DNA of 57,317 nt from Macrostomum lignano (GCA_002269645.1 NIVC01004164.1:1-57317), one strand, 5' to 3'. Numbered from the stretch's first letter, positions 34,304-47,547 are shown. Translations and numbers: made by a program. The notes: generated from the sequence alone by a model not told the origin.

Positions 34304-36663
34304 TCCCAGTCAGCCGCCGAGGAATCCGTCGATGTCGCCAGCCGGGCTTGCTGCTGCGCCGACGTTCTGCGTCGAGCCGGGACGTCGCCAATGGCGGTCT
34401 CCGTCGAGGGCCTCTGCGAGTGGGCGGTGGCCGACCTGCACTGCCGCACCTGGCCGGGCGCCTGCCGCCAACTGCCACCACCGCCGCTGCCGCCAACAAC
34501 GTCGCAGTCGATCAAGTCGCTGTCGGAGGCCGTTGCCGCCGATGATGCGGCGCTACTGAGCCGCCTTCTGCTGGAAGGCGCGGTCGCAGCCGACTCGAAG
34601 GAGGCGGACGCCCTGCTGGCTGAGGCGGCCGGCCGCGGCCTGGCCGGAGTCTGCCACCAGCTGCTGCTGTCGCTGACGCCGCCGCCCACCGAGGAGGGGC
34701 GCGAAGCTGCGCTGATGGCGGCTGCGGAGACCGGCGCCGTCGTGAGCTGCGCCGTCTTGCTGGGCCACGGCGTTCGTCCGCGTCAACCTGCGCTACGTCT
34801 GGCGCTGGCGTCCGGTTGCCAAGCAACCGTCCTGCTGCTGCTGCGCGCAGGGGCGCCTTTCAGCGCATCTGGACTGGTGAGGATTCTGAAACGCTGCCGG
34901 GTGGGTTGCGTTGGAAATGGCCTTTCATTGTGCTCGTAACTACAGTGACAAAATCTGATTGGTGAGTGACAGTCTGATTGGTTAGAGTGACAGTCTGATT
35001 GGCCGAGTGACAGTCTGATTGGCCGAGTGACAGTCTTATATTGGCCGAGTGACAGTCTGATATTGGCCGAGTGACAGTCTGGTTGCCCGAGTGACAGTCT
35101 GATTGGCCGAGTGACACTCTGATTGGCGGAGTGACAGTCTGATATTGGCCGAGTGACATTCTGATTGGCGGAGTGACAGTCTGATTGGCGGAGTGACAGT
35201 CTGATTGGCGGAGTGACAGTCTGATTGGCCGAGTGACATTCTGATTGGCGGAGTGACAGTCTGATTGGCGGAGTGACAGTCTGATTGGCGGAGTGACAGT
35301 CTGATTGGCGGAGTGACAGTCTGATTGGCGGAGTGACAGTCTGATTGGCCGAGTGACAATCTGATTGGTGGAGTGACAGTCTGATTGGCCGAGTGACAGT
35401 CTGATTGGCCGAGTGACAGTCTGATTGGCCGAGTGACAGCCTGATTGGCCGAGTGACACTCTGATTGGCGGAGTGACAGTCTGATATTGGCCGAGTGACA
35501 GTCTGATTGGCCGAGTGACAGTCTGATTGGCCGAGTGACAGTCTGATTGGCCGAGTGACAGTCTGATTGGCCGAGTGACACTCTGATTGGCGGAGTGACA
35601 GTCTGATATTGGCCGAGTGACATTCTGATTGGCGGAGTGACAGTCTGATTGGCCGAGTGACAATCTGATTGGCGGAGTGACAGTCTGATTGGCCGAGTGA
35701 CAGCCTGATTGGCCGAGTGACAGTCTGATATTGGCCGAGTGACAGTCTGATTGGCCGAGTGACAGTCTGATTGGCCGAGTGACAGTCTGATTGGCCGAGT
35801 GACAGTCTGATTGGCCGAGTGACAGTCTGATTGGCCGAGTGACAGTCTGATTGGCCGAGTGACAGTCTGATTGGCCGAGTGACACTCTGATTGGCGGAGT
35901 GACAGTCTGATATTGGCCGAGTGACATTCTGATTGGCGGAGTGACAGTCTGATTGGCCGAGTGACAATCTGATTGGCGGAGTGACAGTCTGATTGGCCGA
36001 GTGACAGTCTGGTTGGCCGAGTGACAGTCTGATTGGCCGAGTGACAGTCTGATTGGCCGAGTGACACTCTGATTGGCCGAGTGACAGTCTGATTGGCCGA
36101 GTGACAATCCCTGCTGCCCAATTTCGAATTTCCAGTCGCCCAGCTTCGGCCTGAGCTGCCCTACCTGGCCGCAGCCGCAGGCGCTACTGGACTGGTCAGC
36201 GCAGCACCTGGCCGCCTGCGTCGCCGAGCTCAGGCGCGCAATTCCCCGTCTGCGCGTCCTCTGCTACCTGCTGTCCGGCCAGCACCCGCGCGGCCCCGTG
36301 CTAGTGGAGCCCGACCGCGTCGCTGTGGACCTCTGCCTGGATGCCATTCCGGCCGCAGACGGGGCTCTGGGCGGCTCCCAGCAGCTGCTGGTGCTGGCGA
36401 CTTGCCTGGTGGGTTACACTGGCTACCCCGCACCACTGATCCGCCTGTGGCCCTGCGTCGCCTTCGCCGAGCTCAACAGCAGCGGCGTCGACGCGCTGGT
36501 GCCGATGCCGAAGTGGCCAGGCGGCGGCGTCCACCGGCTGTCGGGCCTGCAGCCGGAGCGCGGCTGCCTGCTGCGGGTGGCGATGGCGCCGGAGAGACTG
36601 CGGCTGCCGCGCTACCGCTTCCTGCTGGCCGCCTTCCAGGTCGAGCTGCCCGCGTCCGGCTGA
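34304..36663 (+). CDS. Uncharacterised protein with ankyrin-like helical repeats
   Basis: Exons 34304-34876 and 36136-36663 join in phase 0 without stops; exon-like GC content. LMAAAETGAVVSCAVLLGHG and LALASGCQATVLLLLRAGA resemble ankyrin repeats. Family not recognised. Confidence 0.65.
34955..36107. repeat. 20-bp intronic array (ctgattggccgagtgacagt)
   Basis: Roughly 55-57 units filling the intron. Confidence 0.96.
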
Positions 36664-36789
36664 CGGCCCGGCGAGCGTTGCTGTCTCACCTGCTGCTATC
36701 AGAGCTCATTATGACCAGAATTCATCAGTTCATCTTAATGTAACCGGAGTTTGTGATTCACTCCCATTATGACCGGAATTCCTAATTTA

Positions 36790-37425
36790 GTTCCGCTATG
36801 ACTAGAATTCCTAATACGACCTGATATGACCGCTATGACCAGAATTCCTGATACGACCTGATATGACCGCTATTACCAGAATTCCTGATACGACCTGATA
36901 TGACCAGAATTCCTGATACGACCTGATATGACCAGAATTCCTGATACGACCTGATATGACCAGAATTCCTGATACGACCTGATATGACCACTATGACCAG
37001 AGTTCCTGATACGACCTGATATGACCAGAATTCCTGATACGACCTGATATGACCACTATGACCAGAGTTCCTGATACGACCTGATATGACCAGAATTCCT
37101 GATACGACCTGATATGACCACTATGACCAGAGTTCCTGATACGACCTGATATCATGATATGACCGCTATGACTAGAATTCCTGGTACGACCTGATATCAT
37201 GATATGACCGCTATGACTAGAATTCCTGGTACGACCTGATATCATGATATGACCGCTATGACTAGAATTCCTGGTACGACCTGATATCATGATATGACCG
37301 CTATGACTAGAATTCCTGGTACGACCTGATACCATGATATGACCGCTATGACTAGAATTCCTGGTACGACCTGATATGACCGCTATGACTAGAATTCCTG
37401 ATAAGAGCTGACTAGAATTCCTAAT
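36790..37425. repeat. 28/43-bp compound array (atgaccagaattcctgatacgacctgat)
   Basis: Direct reading. Confidence 0.92.
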
Positions 37426-38214
37426 ACGGCCAGAAAACCAGAAAAAATTATAAAGCACGCTCGCAATCATGCCCTTATTCGAGTATGCCCAGATTGGATT
37501 ATAATAATCCTATATTGATCCGAATATGCATGTATATTGTATAAGTATCACTGTGATCGCTATTCATTGTTCAAGTCCTGTATGAGCAGAATTTTTGTAA
37601 TTTCACTATAACCAGAATTAATAGTCAGTCTAAATCTAAATTCCGCTTGCCAGATGCACAGCTGTGAGTGCAATGCCGCGTGCTCCTGATTTGCTTTATT
37701 CATCTGGCTGTTATTCGCTGCATTTTCCATATAATATAATAATAATAGCCACTGCTCCAAGTGCCTTATTGATTTGATGCACATGATGATGATAATAGGA
37801 CGCACATTATGACAATGTGTTGTCATGCCGCTGTCGCACCTCTACCTATATAGATTCCAAATACACTGCTGTGAGCAGCTGCTTTCTCGTATTTACTGCT
37901 TGAAATTCAATCGAGCACTCGGTTCGGACTTGGCTGTTTATGACGAATCAAACCAGAATTTGCATAGCCTGATTGATGAGGTCAGCGCGGCTTTTGAATA
38001 ATTATAAAGGAGTTAAGCTGGGCGGGCATTTGCTTATCACTCAAAACAGCGATGGAGCGGTGGGGATGAGGCGGACAGCATCGTGTATATTTGCTGTGTA
38101 GCGATATTCATACATATTTGCACTGGCCCGCACCGCAGCAGGGTGCAGCTTTGCACACAGACTGGTATACTCAGTCTGTATTAGTCTGTGCATAGGCTGT
38201 ACTCGTAATCTGTA

Positions 38215-39740
38215 CACATGCTGCACTTCAGTCTGTACACAGGCTGCACTTCAGTCTGTACACAGGCTGCACTTCAGTCTGTACACACAGGCTGCACTTC
38301 AGTCTGTACACAGGCTGCACTTCAGTCTGTACACAGGCTGCACTTCAGTCTGTACACACAGGCTGCACCTCAGTCTGTACACAGGCTGCATTTCAGTCTG
38401 TACACAGGCTGCACTTCAGTCTGTACACAGGCTGCACTTCAGTCTGTACACAGGCTGCACTTCAGTCTGTACACAGGCTGCACTTCAGTCTGTACACACA
38501 GGCTGCACTTCAGTCTGTACACAGGCTGCACTTCAGTCTGTACACAGGCTGCACTTCAGTCTGTACACAGGCTGCACTTCAGTCTGTACACACAGGCTGC
38601 ACTTCAGTCTGTACACAGGCTGCACTTCAGTCTGTACACAGGCTGCACTTCAGTCTGTACACACAGGCTGCACTTCAGTCTGTACACAGGCTGCACTTCA
38701 GTCTGTACACAGGCTGCACTTCAGTCTGTACACACAGGCTGCACTTCAGTCTGTACACAGGCTGCATTTCAGTCTGTACACAGGCTGCACTTCAGTCTGT
38801 ACACAGGCTGCACTTCAGTCTGTACACAGGCTGCACTTCAGTCTGTACACAGGCTGCACTTCAGTCTGTACACACAGGCTGCACTTCAGTCTGTACACAG
38901 GCTGCACTTCAGTCTGTACACAGGCTGCACTTCAGTCTGTACACAGGCTGCACTTCAGTCTGTACACACAGGCTGCACTTCAGTCTGTACACAGGCTGCA
39001 CTTCAGTCTGTACACAGGCTGCACTTCAGTCTGTACACACAGGCTGCACTTCAGTCTGTACACAGGCTGCATTTCAGTCTGTACACAGGCTGCACTTCAG
39101 TCTGTACACAGGCTGCACTTCAGTCTGTACACAGGCTGCACTTCAGTCTGTACACAGGCTGCACTTCAGTCTGTACACACAGGCTGCACTTCAGTCTGTA
39201 CACAGGCTGCACTTCAGTCTGTACACAGGCTGCACTTCAGTCTGTACACAGGCTGCACTTCAGTCTGTACACAGGCTGCACTTCAGTCTGTACACAGGCT
39301 GCACTTCAGTCTGTACACAGGCTGCACTTCAGTCTGTACACAGGCTGCACTTCAGTCTGTACACACAGGCTGCACTTCAGTCTGTACACAGGCTGCACTT
39401 CAGTCTGTACACAGGCTGCACTTCAGTCTGTACACAGGCTGCACTTCAGTCTGTACACACAGGCTGCACTTCAGTCTGTACACAGGCTGCACTTCAGTCT
39501 GTACACAGGCTGCACTTCAGTCTGTACACACAGGCTGCATTTCAGTCTGTACACAGGCTGCATGCACTTCAGTCTGTACACACAGGCTGCATTTCAGTCT
39601 GTACACAGGCTGCATGCACTTCAGTCTGTACACAGGCTGCATGCACTTCAGTCTGTACACAGGCTGCATGCACTTCAGTCTGTACACAGGCTGCATGCAC
39701 TTCAGTCTGTACACAGGCTGCACTTCAGTCTGTACACAGG
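38215..39740. repeat. 23/25-bp array (acaggctgcacttcagtctgtac[ac])
   Basis: About 65 units. Confidence 0.97.
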
Positions 39741-40501
39741 GGTAAAATTTGCAGGAAAACACAGGTAAAGTATTGACTCTTCAAAGATAATAAAAAGCTG
39801 CAAAAATGGGGCCGAGCTGAGACCAAAAGCGAACAGAAGTGTTAAGTTAAAAACCTGAAAGAAATCTCATCAAATCTGATCTCAGTGGGTGGCGGATGAT
39901 GAGCGGAGACAGATGAGTGCAATAAAAACATCCGGGTCACAGGTGGGCGACTAGGACGCGATAAAACAGACAAGCGAATAAAACAGCTGCTGAGGTAGGA
40001 GATGACAGGTCATGACTGACTAATTAATAAAGCGTCACAATGTACACACTAATAGCCAGGTGCTGCATAGACAAAGCGAAGGCACTGCGCGGCTGGCCCG
40101 AACGCCTTCGCTTGCAATTAAATAGTGGGTAAGAGTGCCTACACAGTTGAATTTGTCATAGCAGAGTGCAGTTAGTTCGCATCCCATGGGGATAAAATGA
40201 ACTCTCTATATAAAAACAGTATCACAAGCTTTGCTAAAAATGATTGTTCGACAGTTGGGGGGGGGACTGTTTTACACTGCGGGGGGGGGCAATTATATCA
40301 AGTCCGGGACTCGAACGCCGCAAACTAAGGAGGCACGCATATAATTCATTCATAGAGCTACATTTATCTGACAGCAGGGCACATGTGCAGAGTACAGTCG
40401 GTGCTGATAAATTTACAGTTCAATAAATATGCATAAATAGCCGTGTTCCGCATCATCCATGCACTGCAGCTGGGCAATTCTGGCCGCTTTTGACCGCCCG
40501 C

Positions 40502-43500
40502 TCAGACCCGGTCGATGCCGCCTGCCGCCTCCCCGGCCGTCTCCTCCTCCAGCGGCTCGCCACAGAAGCCGCCGCCGCAGGTTCCGACAACCGGGTTGAC
40601 TTCACCGTCATCCTCGGCTTCGAAGTCGCCGTTCTCCAGCAGGTTCAGCGTGCTCTCCGTCTGGGCGCTCATCGTTAGCAGCTGCGGCTGATGGAGCAGC
40701 AGGTGCTGCTGGCGGCGCTGCTTGTACTGCCGGGCCATGCCAAAGAACTTGCGAGCCATCTCGGCGAACCGGCGGCCCGACACTGCGGTGGGGGATGGCG
40801 AGAATTCGATGGCGGCCTCTGCAAACCACTGCCCGCTTCCACACTCACCACTGCCCGCTTTCACACTCACCACTGCCCGCTTTCACACTCAACACTGCCC
40901 GCTTCCACACTCACCACTACCCGCTTTCCCACTCACCACTGCCCGCTTCCACACTCACCACTGCCCGCTTCCCCACTCACCACTGCCCGCTTCCACACTC
41001 ACCACTGCCCGCTTCCCCACTCACCACTGCCCGCTTCCCCACTCACCACTGCCCGCTTCCACACTCACAATCATATTGCTTGCTTCCACACTCACTCACC
41101 ACTGTCCGCTTTCACACTCACCACTGCCCGCTTTCATTCACAATCATATTACCTGCTTCCACACTCTAAATAAAGCATCCACACCCGCAATACCAGCTTC
41201 CGACATTGGAACCCGATTCCAGCCCGCTTGGAACCCGATTCCAGCCCGCACACGCTACCAAAATTCACGCATCGAGCTCGCCCAACTCACTTTTCCCCAT
41301 GTGCCGCAGCTGGCTATTGAGGTCGTCGCCGCCAGCAGCTCCTGTCTGGGAGGCAGCGCCGCCGACATCTGACTTGCCCGACGACTCCATGGGCGACTGG
41401 TCGGCGCCGTAGCCATCTGCGCGGCAAAGAGGGTGAGATTGGAGATTTTCACTGAGACAAGGAAAGCTCTCTGTCCGAGATGAGATTTCGGTCTCTGACT
41501 GCTCACCCGTTGGCGCCAGGCCGCCCGGCACCAGCTGGCCAGTTTCAACTATGGAGGTCACCGGCATCGACGGTCGAGGCGGCGGCGGCAGGAACGGCGG
41601 CGGTGGGAAGGCCGGCTGCGGCGGCGGCTGCATCGGGTAGGCCGGAGGTGACGGTACCGCGGCGGCGGGGGCGGGCTGCGAGTAGGAGCGCGCATGCGGC
41701 TGCGGCTGCTGCTGCCAGTGCCCGGCCGGCTGCGTCAGCATGAGGCGGCGGGTGCGGCGGCTGCTGTCCCGCTGCAGGGTGCGCATGAAGTCGCTGTCGT
41801 TGCGCAGCAGGGACAGAAACTCTTCGTTCTGCAGGGCGATGGCCAGCCGCTCATCTGCCAGAATCTGATTGTACACCGCGCTGTGGCTCTGCGGCTGCTG
41901 GTGCGAGAGTCCGTTGCTATGGTAACTAGAGGATGGAGAAATCGCCTGCGGCTGCTGAAGAAGCTGCTGCTGCTGCCAGGAGACTCCGCTCGGCCTTTGA
42001 CGCGGAAGCTGCTGAGGCGGCGTCTCCGGCAGCTGGTCGGTGGGGTCGCGGGCCTCCCGCTGCCGCTGCCAGCGCTTCTGTGGCCTCCGCCGCTGCCCCC
42101 GCCACCGGTCCTGTGGTGATGATGGTAGCGGCCGCAGTTGCTGCACTTGTGGTGGTGGCTGCGAATGCGACCGGAGGCGCCGCCGCTACGCCCGCCGCCC
42201 TGCCGTCCGGCGGAGCCCGCGGTGGCGGCGACAGACGCGGCCGAAGAGGCGGTGGAGGCGGTGGCGCCGGCCGAGCCGCTGGCGGGCGTCGAGATGCGCA
42301 GGAAATCGTCGGGCAGGGCGCCAAGCAGCGGGGGGTTCCAGCGCCGGTAGCCGGAGGAGCCGCCGGATGAGGCAGCCGCTGGAGCTGCGGCAGCGGACGA
42401 GGCGCAGGCAGCGGAGGCTCGGAAGTTGTAGCTGCTGAATGTTGTCGCCGAAGGCTGCGAGTGCGACCGGTGATGCCCGCCTGCTGCTGGCGCTGCCGCT
42501 GTTATTGGCGCTGCCGCTGAGGCTGGCGGAGGCGGCGGTGGAGGCGGCGGAGGCGCCTGCTGTTGCGGCTGCAGTGACGACAGGCCGTGACGAATTCCGC
42601 CGCCATGCCTGCCGCTGCCGCCCTGTCTGGAGTGCTTGGGCGGGTGCGTGTGGTGCCTGTCCGGCCGGTCCTGTTTGTCCGGCCGGTCCTGTTTGTCCGG
42701 CCGGTCCTGTTTGTCCGGCCTCTCCTGCTGGCCGCTGCCGGCAGGCCGCTGACTCGCTCGCAGAGCCTGGCGGTGGGATCGGAGAAGACGGACACGAATG
42801 CAACAGTGAGGCGTTGAGCATTCAGCAACTAAATGAGCACACACGTTAAAAGCAAGGACGACATAAGTAGAAGGACGGGAAACCTCGTTTCTTAGAAACT
42901 TTTTGAAGGCAGGTTTTTTTTCGAAAAAAATACACTACGAAGATAGGAAGTTTTCGTTTTTTCAGCACAATCTTGTAATATGTTGTGTCTTTTTATTGCT
43001 CTATCGATATTCATAGAGCTTTTTGTTCAGAAAATTAGGATTCTATGTTATTTATTGTTTTGTTTTGTTTTGTTTTTTATTGTTTTTTATTCTACGTACA
43101 TTTGCACGTGTCCTGTGCCTAAATACCATTAAAATGACACGGCTCGGCTCTATTGATCTATGATTCTATTTTATCATTCTTAGCTGACTGTGTAACAAAT
43201 ATGTGTAGCAGAGATAATAAATTAGACTCATAAAACCATAGATTGGAGCTGTGCCATGCATTTTTATGAGTTTTAGGTGCAGCAAATGTACGTTGAATAA
43301 AAAATTAACATAGAATCCTAATTTTTTTAGCGAAAAGCTTTATGAATATCGATAGAGCAATAAGAAAGGCACAACATATCAAAAGATAAAGACTGGATCT
43401 GCCTCCTATCAAAAGCAATCCTTGACGTCCTTGGTTGGAAGGCGATCCAAAATCAGGAGAAAGTTTACAGAGAAAAAAATAAATAAAACTCAACCAATTT

Positions 43501-44354
43501 TATACGGACAGCAGCTCCATGAATTGTGCAAAAAATACAACAGACAGGCAGACGCTTGCCAAACAGCGAGTCTCACCTGCTCATAGGACGGCGGCAGGTC
43601 GTCCGGCTTGGCGGCAGCCGCCACCGGGGAGCCGACGATGGCGGGCTCCGCCTTGCTGTCCACGGCCGCCTGGCGCCTCTTGGACATCGCCAGGGCCGCG
43701 GAGCCGGGCGCGGACTCGCTGAGGCGCAGCAGGCTGTCCACGGTGGTGTGCACCACACCGTTGTTGTCGCGAAGCACGCACTCGATGAGCTGCGGGTCCA
43801 GGCTGGGGAACATCGTCTGGAAGTCCGACATCGCCTCGTAGAAGTCCAGCTGGCGGGGCCCGCTGGAGGCGGCGGCTGCGGCTCTGCGAAATCGGGGGCG
43901 GCAATTTCAAGCTTTTTGTGAGGATATCGATTGCTAGAAATCACCTTACCGATTCTTGTAAATGAGGTTTGTAATTCTTAGAAAATTGGTGTAAATTCTA
44001 GGAAATGGGAATGTAAATCCTTGAAAATGAGGATAACAGTTCTTGGACACAAGGGCTAGAAATTCTTAGAAATAAAATAGAAACAAGAATACTGATTCTT
44101 AGAAACGAACATATTGATTATTGGAAATAAGGATATTGGTTCTTGGAAACGAGGCTATTAATTATTGGAAATAAGGTTACTCAGTCTATTCTTTGAGTCA
44201 TGATATCAATTCATTAAATCTATTTACCCCCCTACTATTTAAAAATGATTGTTTGACCTTTTTTTGCACAAGATTCTTGACAACAGAGCACACAAAGCAA
44301 AGCATGTGCTGCTTACCCAGAGTCAGTCCGTGACCTCTGCCCAAGTGAGGTCAT
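40502..44354 (-). CDS. CUEDC1: CUE domain-containing protein 1; one frame discontinuity in the large exon
   Basis: Exons 44354-44317, 43883-43577, 42766-41291, 40782-40502. MTSLGQRS start, LDFYEAMSDFQTMFP..IECVLR (CUE), PPSYEQ, WNPPLLGALPDDFLRI, DERLAIALQNEEF, LRHMGK|MSGRRFAEMARKF. All junctions GT/AG. Confidence 0.88.
40830..41165. repeat. 22-bp array in the last CUEDC1 intron (cactcaccactgcccgcttcca)
   Basis: Direct reading. Confidence 0.9.
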
Positions 44355-45696
44355 GGTTTGGCAAATCAGCAAATGCAGGCCAGCACAATTCAAATATTTT
44401 CTTTTATACGTCCCCAAGCAGCAAAACAAAATAGTAATTCTTTTATCCTTAAAAGCAGTCCAGTCTTGGATTTAATCATGAATGAATTTTTTATCAAATT
44501 ATTAATAACATAACACCTTTGTGTTTAAGATATAACCTAAACAATGACAAGGACTTAGGTTTTTAAGCATCAAAATTGCAGTGCCAGCTGGCATCCTGGG
44601 TTCAAATTAATGATGCCAGCTGGCTAAAAAAAGTTCAAAATCAACTGAAATACCAACATCTTTACCCAACCCTTTATAGTGCTAAGCCTCTCTGACCAAC
44701 AGACATAGAAATTTAATAGTCAATAGAAGTCTTGAAAGTCCCAAGAGCCCCAACAGTTTTTTAATGATTTTTACTTCAAATTCAATATGAATTACATTTT
44801 TTTAAAGTTTAGAAAAACAAGGTGCCAAATTAGCATTTGGGTCTGAATTGAAGATGCCAAAATAATATTTGATGTGTTATGACATGTGCTGTGACACAAA
44901 AATATAATATTTTGCTTTAATATCATAATTAGCACAATACATGCCCAACTTTGAAAGTTCACCTGGCTATGCAACTTACTTTTTAACCAAAATGTGACTT
45001 ACTTATGAAAGAAACCATATAGCAAAATTAATATAATTTTGGGTAAATGGCAAAAGTTATGACTGTATTACTAAGGCTAAATACCTCATCATCTAAGTAG
45101 TACTATATAAAGATTTTTAAGTCAGCATTTTGCAAGTAACTTTTGCTAGACCCTTTATCACATGGCCAAATTACCTAGGTGTTGGGCATGTATGATTAGC
45201 AGAATATTTAGCTAAACTTATCAATTGATAGACATAGTGATATGAAATGACTATAATATAGATATTATTTATAATTGCATATACAGTTTGACACATTTTG
45301 TTTTATTTATGGACTAAATGAAGCTGCAAAACAGGCTTGGGTTAAAAGCCCAATATGAGAACTGTGAAATAAGTACTCCAAAGGCCCGAGGGGTTTAAGA
45401 AAAATACATCCCTCAACTCTATGTGTCTCACTTAAATTCATGCACTAAAAATACAATGCGCTAATTTATATAACAGCTAGTAAGAAATCTTTAGGTTGTA
45501 TTTAATTATAACCCACATATTGGCCATAGACATCAATACTGTATTGGCGGTGTGGGGGCAAAGCCCCCACATTCTATACCATAGACATATTTTATAAAAG
45601 AGACAGAAGACAGATAAATAGCAGGAAAGCCTCATTGAAACAAATTTAACTTCAATTAATTGACTCTAGTTAATTTCATTTTAACTGAAACAAATA

Positions 45697-46898
45697 ATGG
45701 CAGAACGAAGACATATTTTAAACCCATTGGTTGATTATTCCAAAGACTACATTGAAGACTATGATCCAAATGTGCTTATGATGGACAATTTGAAGACTAT
45801 GATCCAAATGTGCTTATGATGGACAATTTAGACCTACTGCTGGATGTTGGTGTATATTTGTGGAACCCCTACACATTGCAAGAGATGCGATCATTGCATG
45901 AAGAACCTGGTCTATCAACGCTGCCAAAGGACTTGACTCTCGATATGGTTCAAGCACTTAACAAGTCGACAAAGCCTGCCAATACTACCAATTGGAACAA
46001 GTAGTCCATTGGTGTCTTTGATAGGTGGCACTCTAGGCATTCCATGATTCTATTTGTGCTGTGCAAGAACTTAGTGGTGATAAGCTAAATGAATATTTTC
46101 CTGTTTTCATTCACAAAGTGACCCATGCCAATGGACTCAATATCCGCCAAATATCCGTCAATTGTTGCTGGTCTGCAACAAACTATCTACAAGGTGCATA
46201 AAGTTGATTTCTTTTACAATGAGTGATTCAGCATTGTGCATGAAAGTCTGGATGCCACCATAAAGATTGGGATAAGAAATGGCTTAGGACTAGCCAGGAA
46301 ATCTGCTGAAGTTGTTGGCTACAAAGATGAGGAGAAACTTTGGGAGAAAGTGTTAGGTGACAAAGATCCTACAAGTCTGATCAGAACTTTGTTTTATCTT
46401 AATGGCTTGCATTTTGCTCTACGTGGTAGTCAGGAACATAGTGCCCTGTGCATTTTGCAATTCAGTGTGCAAGAGCGAGAGAGACAGAAATGTCTTGTTT
46501 ACCAAGAGATGGCCATGAAGATGAATGCTAGTGGATTGTGTGACATTTGCTTCAAACCAAAGGAAGTTCTTCACTTTGCCAATGCAGCCAATCTGGAACA
46601 TTGTCACAGTTGGCTTTTCAAGCTTTTTAAGAAAGTCAGGCCTAGCTAAAGTAATAGATTTTACCTTCTGCCATTGAAGCAACCATTGGAAAAGCAATGG
46701 TACTCAAATCATCCAATTGGCAAAAACCCCCTGGCAAAGTTTCTGCATGAAATGTGCACTGAAGCCAAGATTTCTGGCCACAATATTAATCATAGTCTAT
46801 GTGCTACGTGTGCTATATCTCTTTACCAAGCTGGCATTGAAGAACAACAGCTCAAGCTCAGGGACACACATTTAGCAAAGCTTGTAATTTTTGTATGA
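45697..46898 (+). pseudogene. Crypton-type tyrosine recombinase (DUF3504-like) fossil
   Basis: KDEEKLWEKVLGDKDPTSLIRTLFYLNGLHFALRGSQEH, KPKEVLHFANAANLEHC, WYSNHPIGKNPLAKFLHEMCTEAKISGHNINHSLCAT; several stops and frameshifts. Confidence 0.82.
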
Positions 46899-47547
46899 AA
46901 AGACACCCACCAAATGCATGCCTTGCATTTAGAGCAAAATGTCAAAAATGTAAAAAATGAATCATTTTGAAGCTGCATATAAGCTTTAACAAGCCAGCTA
47001 GCTCATATGGAAAGATGTCATCCAGCTCCATTAAAAGAAAGCTGTCAATGTGAGAGTGTGCAGGAATTGAAGAAGAGGATAAATGAGCCAAAGATAATGA
47101 GCTTTTTAGCCTATGCAATGACTGGGACTGATCAAGTATCTAGATCAATATAAAACTGAATGATAAGGATGTTGCTATGATAGTGGACTCAGGTACATCA
47201 GTGACCTATATCTTTAAAATTTTGGCTCAAAAACTAGGACTGCATTGGATAGACACTAATAATTGAACTAGCATATTGACGCATGACTAAGACTGCCATA
47301 GCCACACACCAAGACCACTATAGCTATTACTGGCTACTAGTATTGAGGGGGAGCTACTAATCTTCTAGCATTCTATTCCGCTCATAGGTTCTTTTTTGGC
47401 AGCCTTGTCTTGCTGGCTCTCCTACCTACTCATCTCCTTTCTAGCATCACCTAATAACACATTGAGTCAAATTTCTCCCTTAGCTCCCCCAAGTTTGGCA
47501 GTCTTGGTCCTACACCAACATATTGAAATAACCTGAAAACATAACAC

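Noticed and set aside
34783-36121. Three ~400-aa minus-strand ORFs
   Set aside because: 20-bp array within a GT-AG intron of the plus-strand gene.
38218-39768. 516-aa His/Cys-containing ORF
   Set aside because: 23/25-bp array cycling through frames; not a zinc-finger gene.
41933-42849. Plus-strand Ala/Gly-rich ORFs
   Set aside because: Antisense shadows of the GC-rich CUEDC1 exon.
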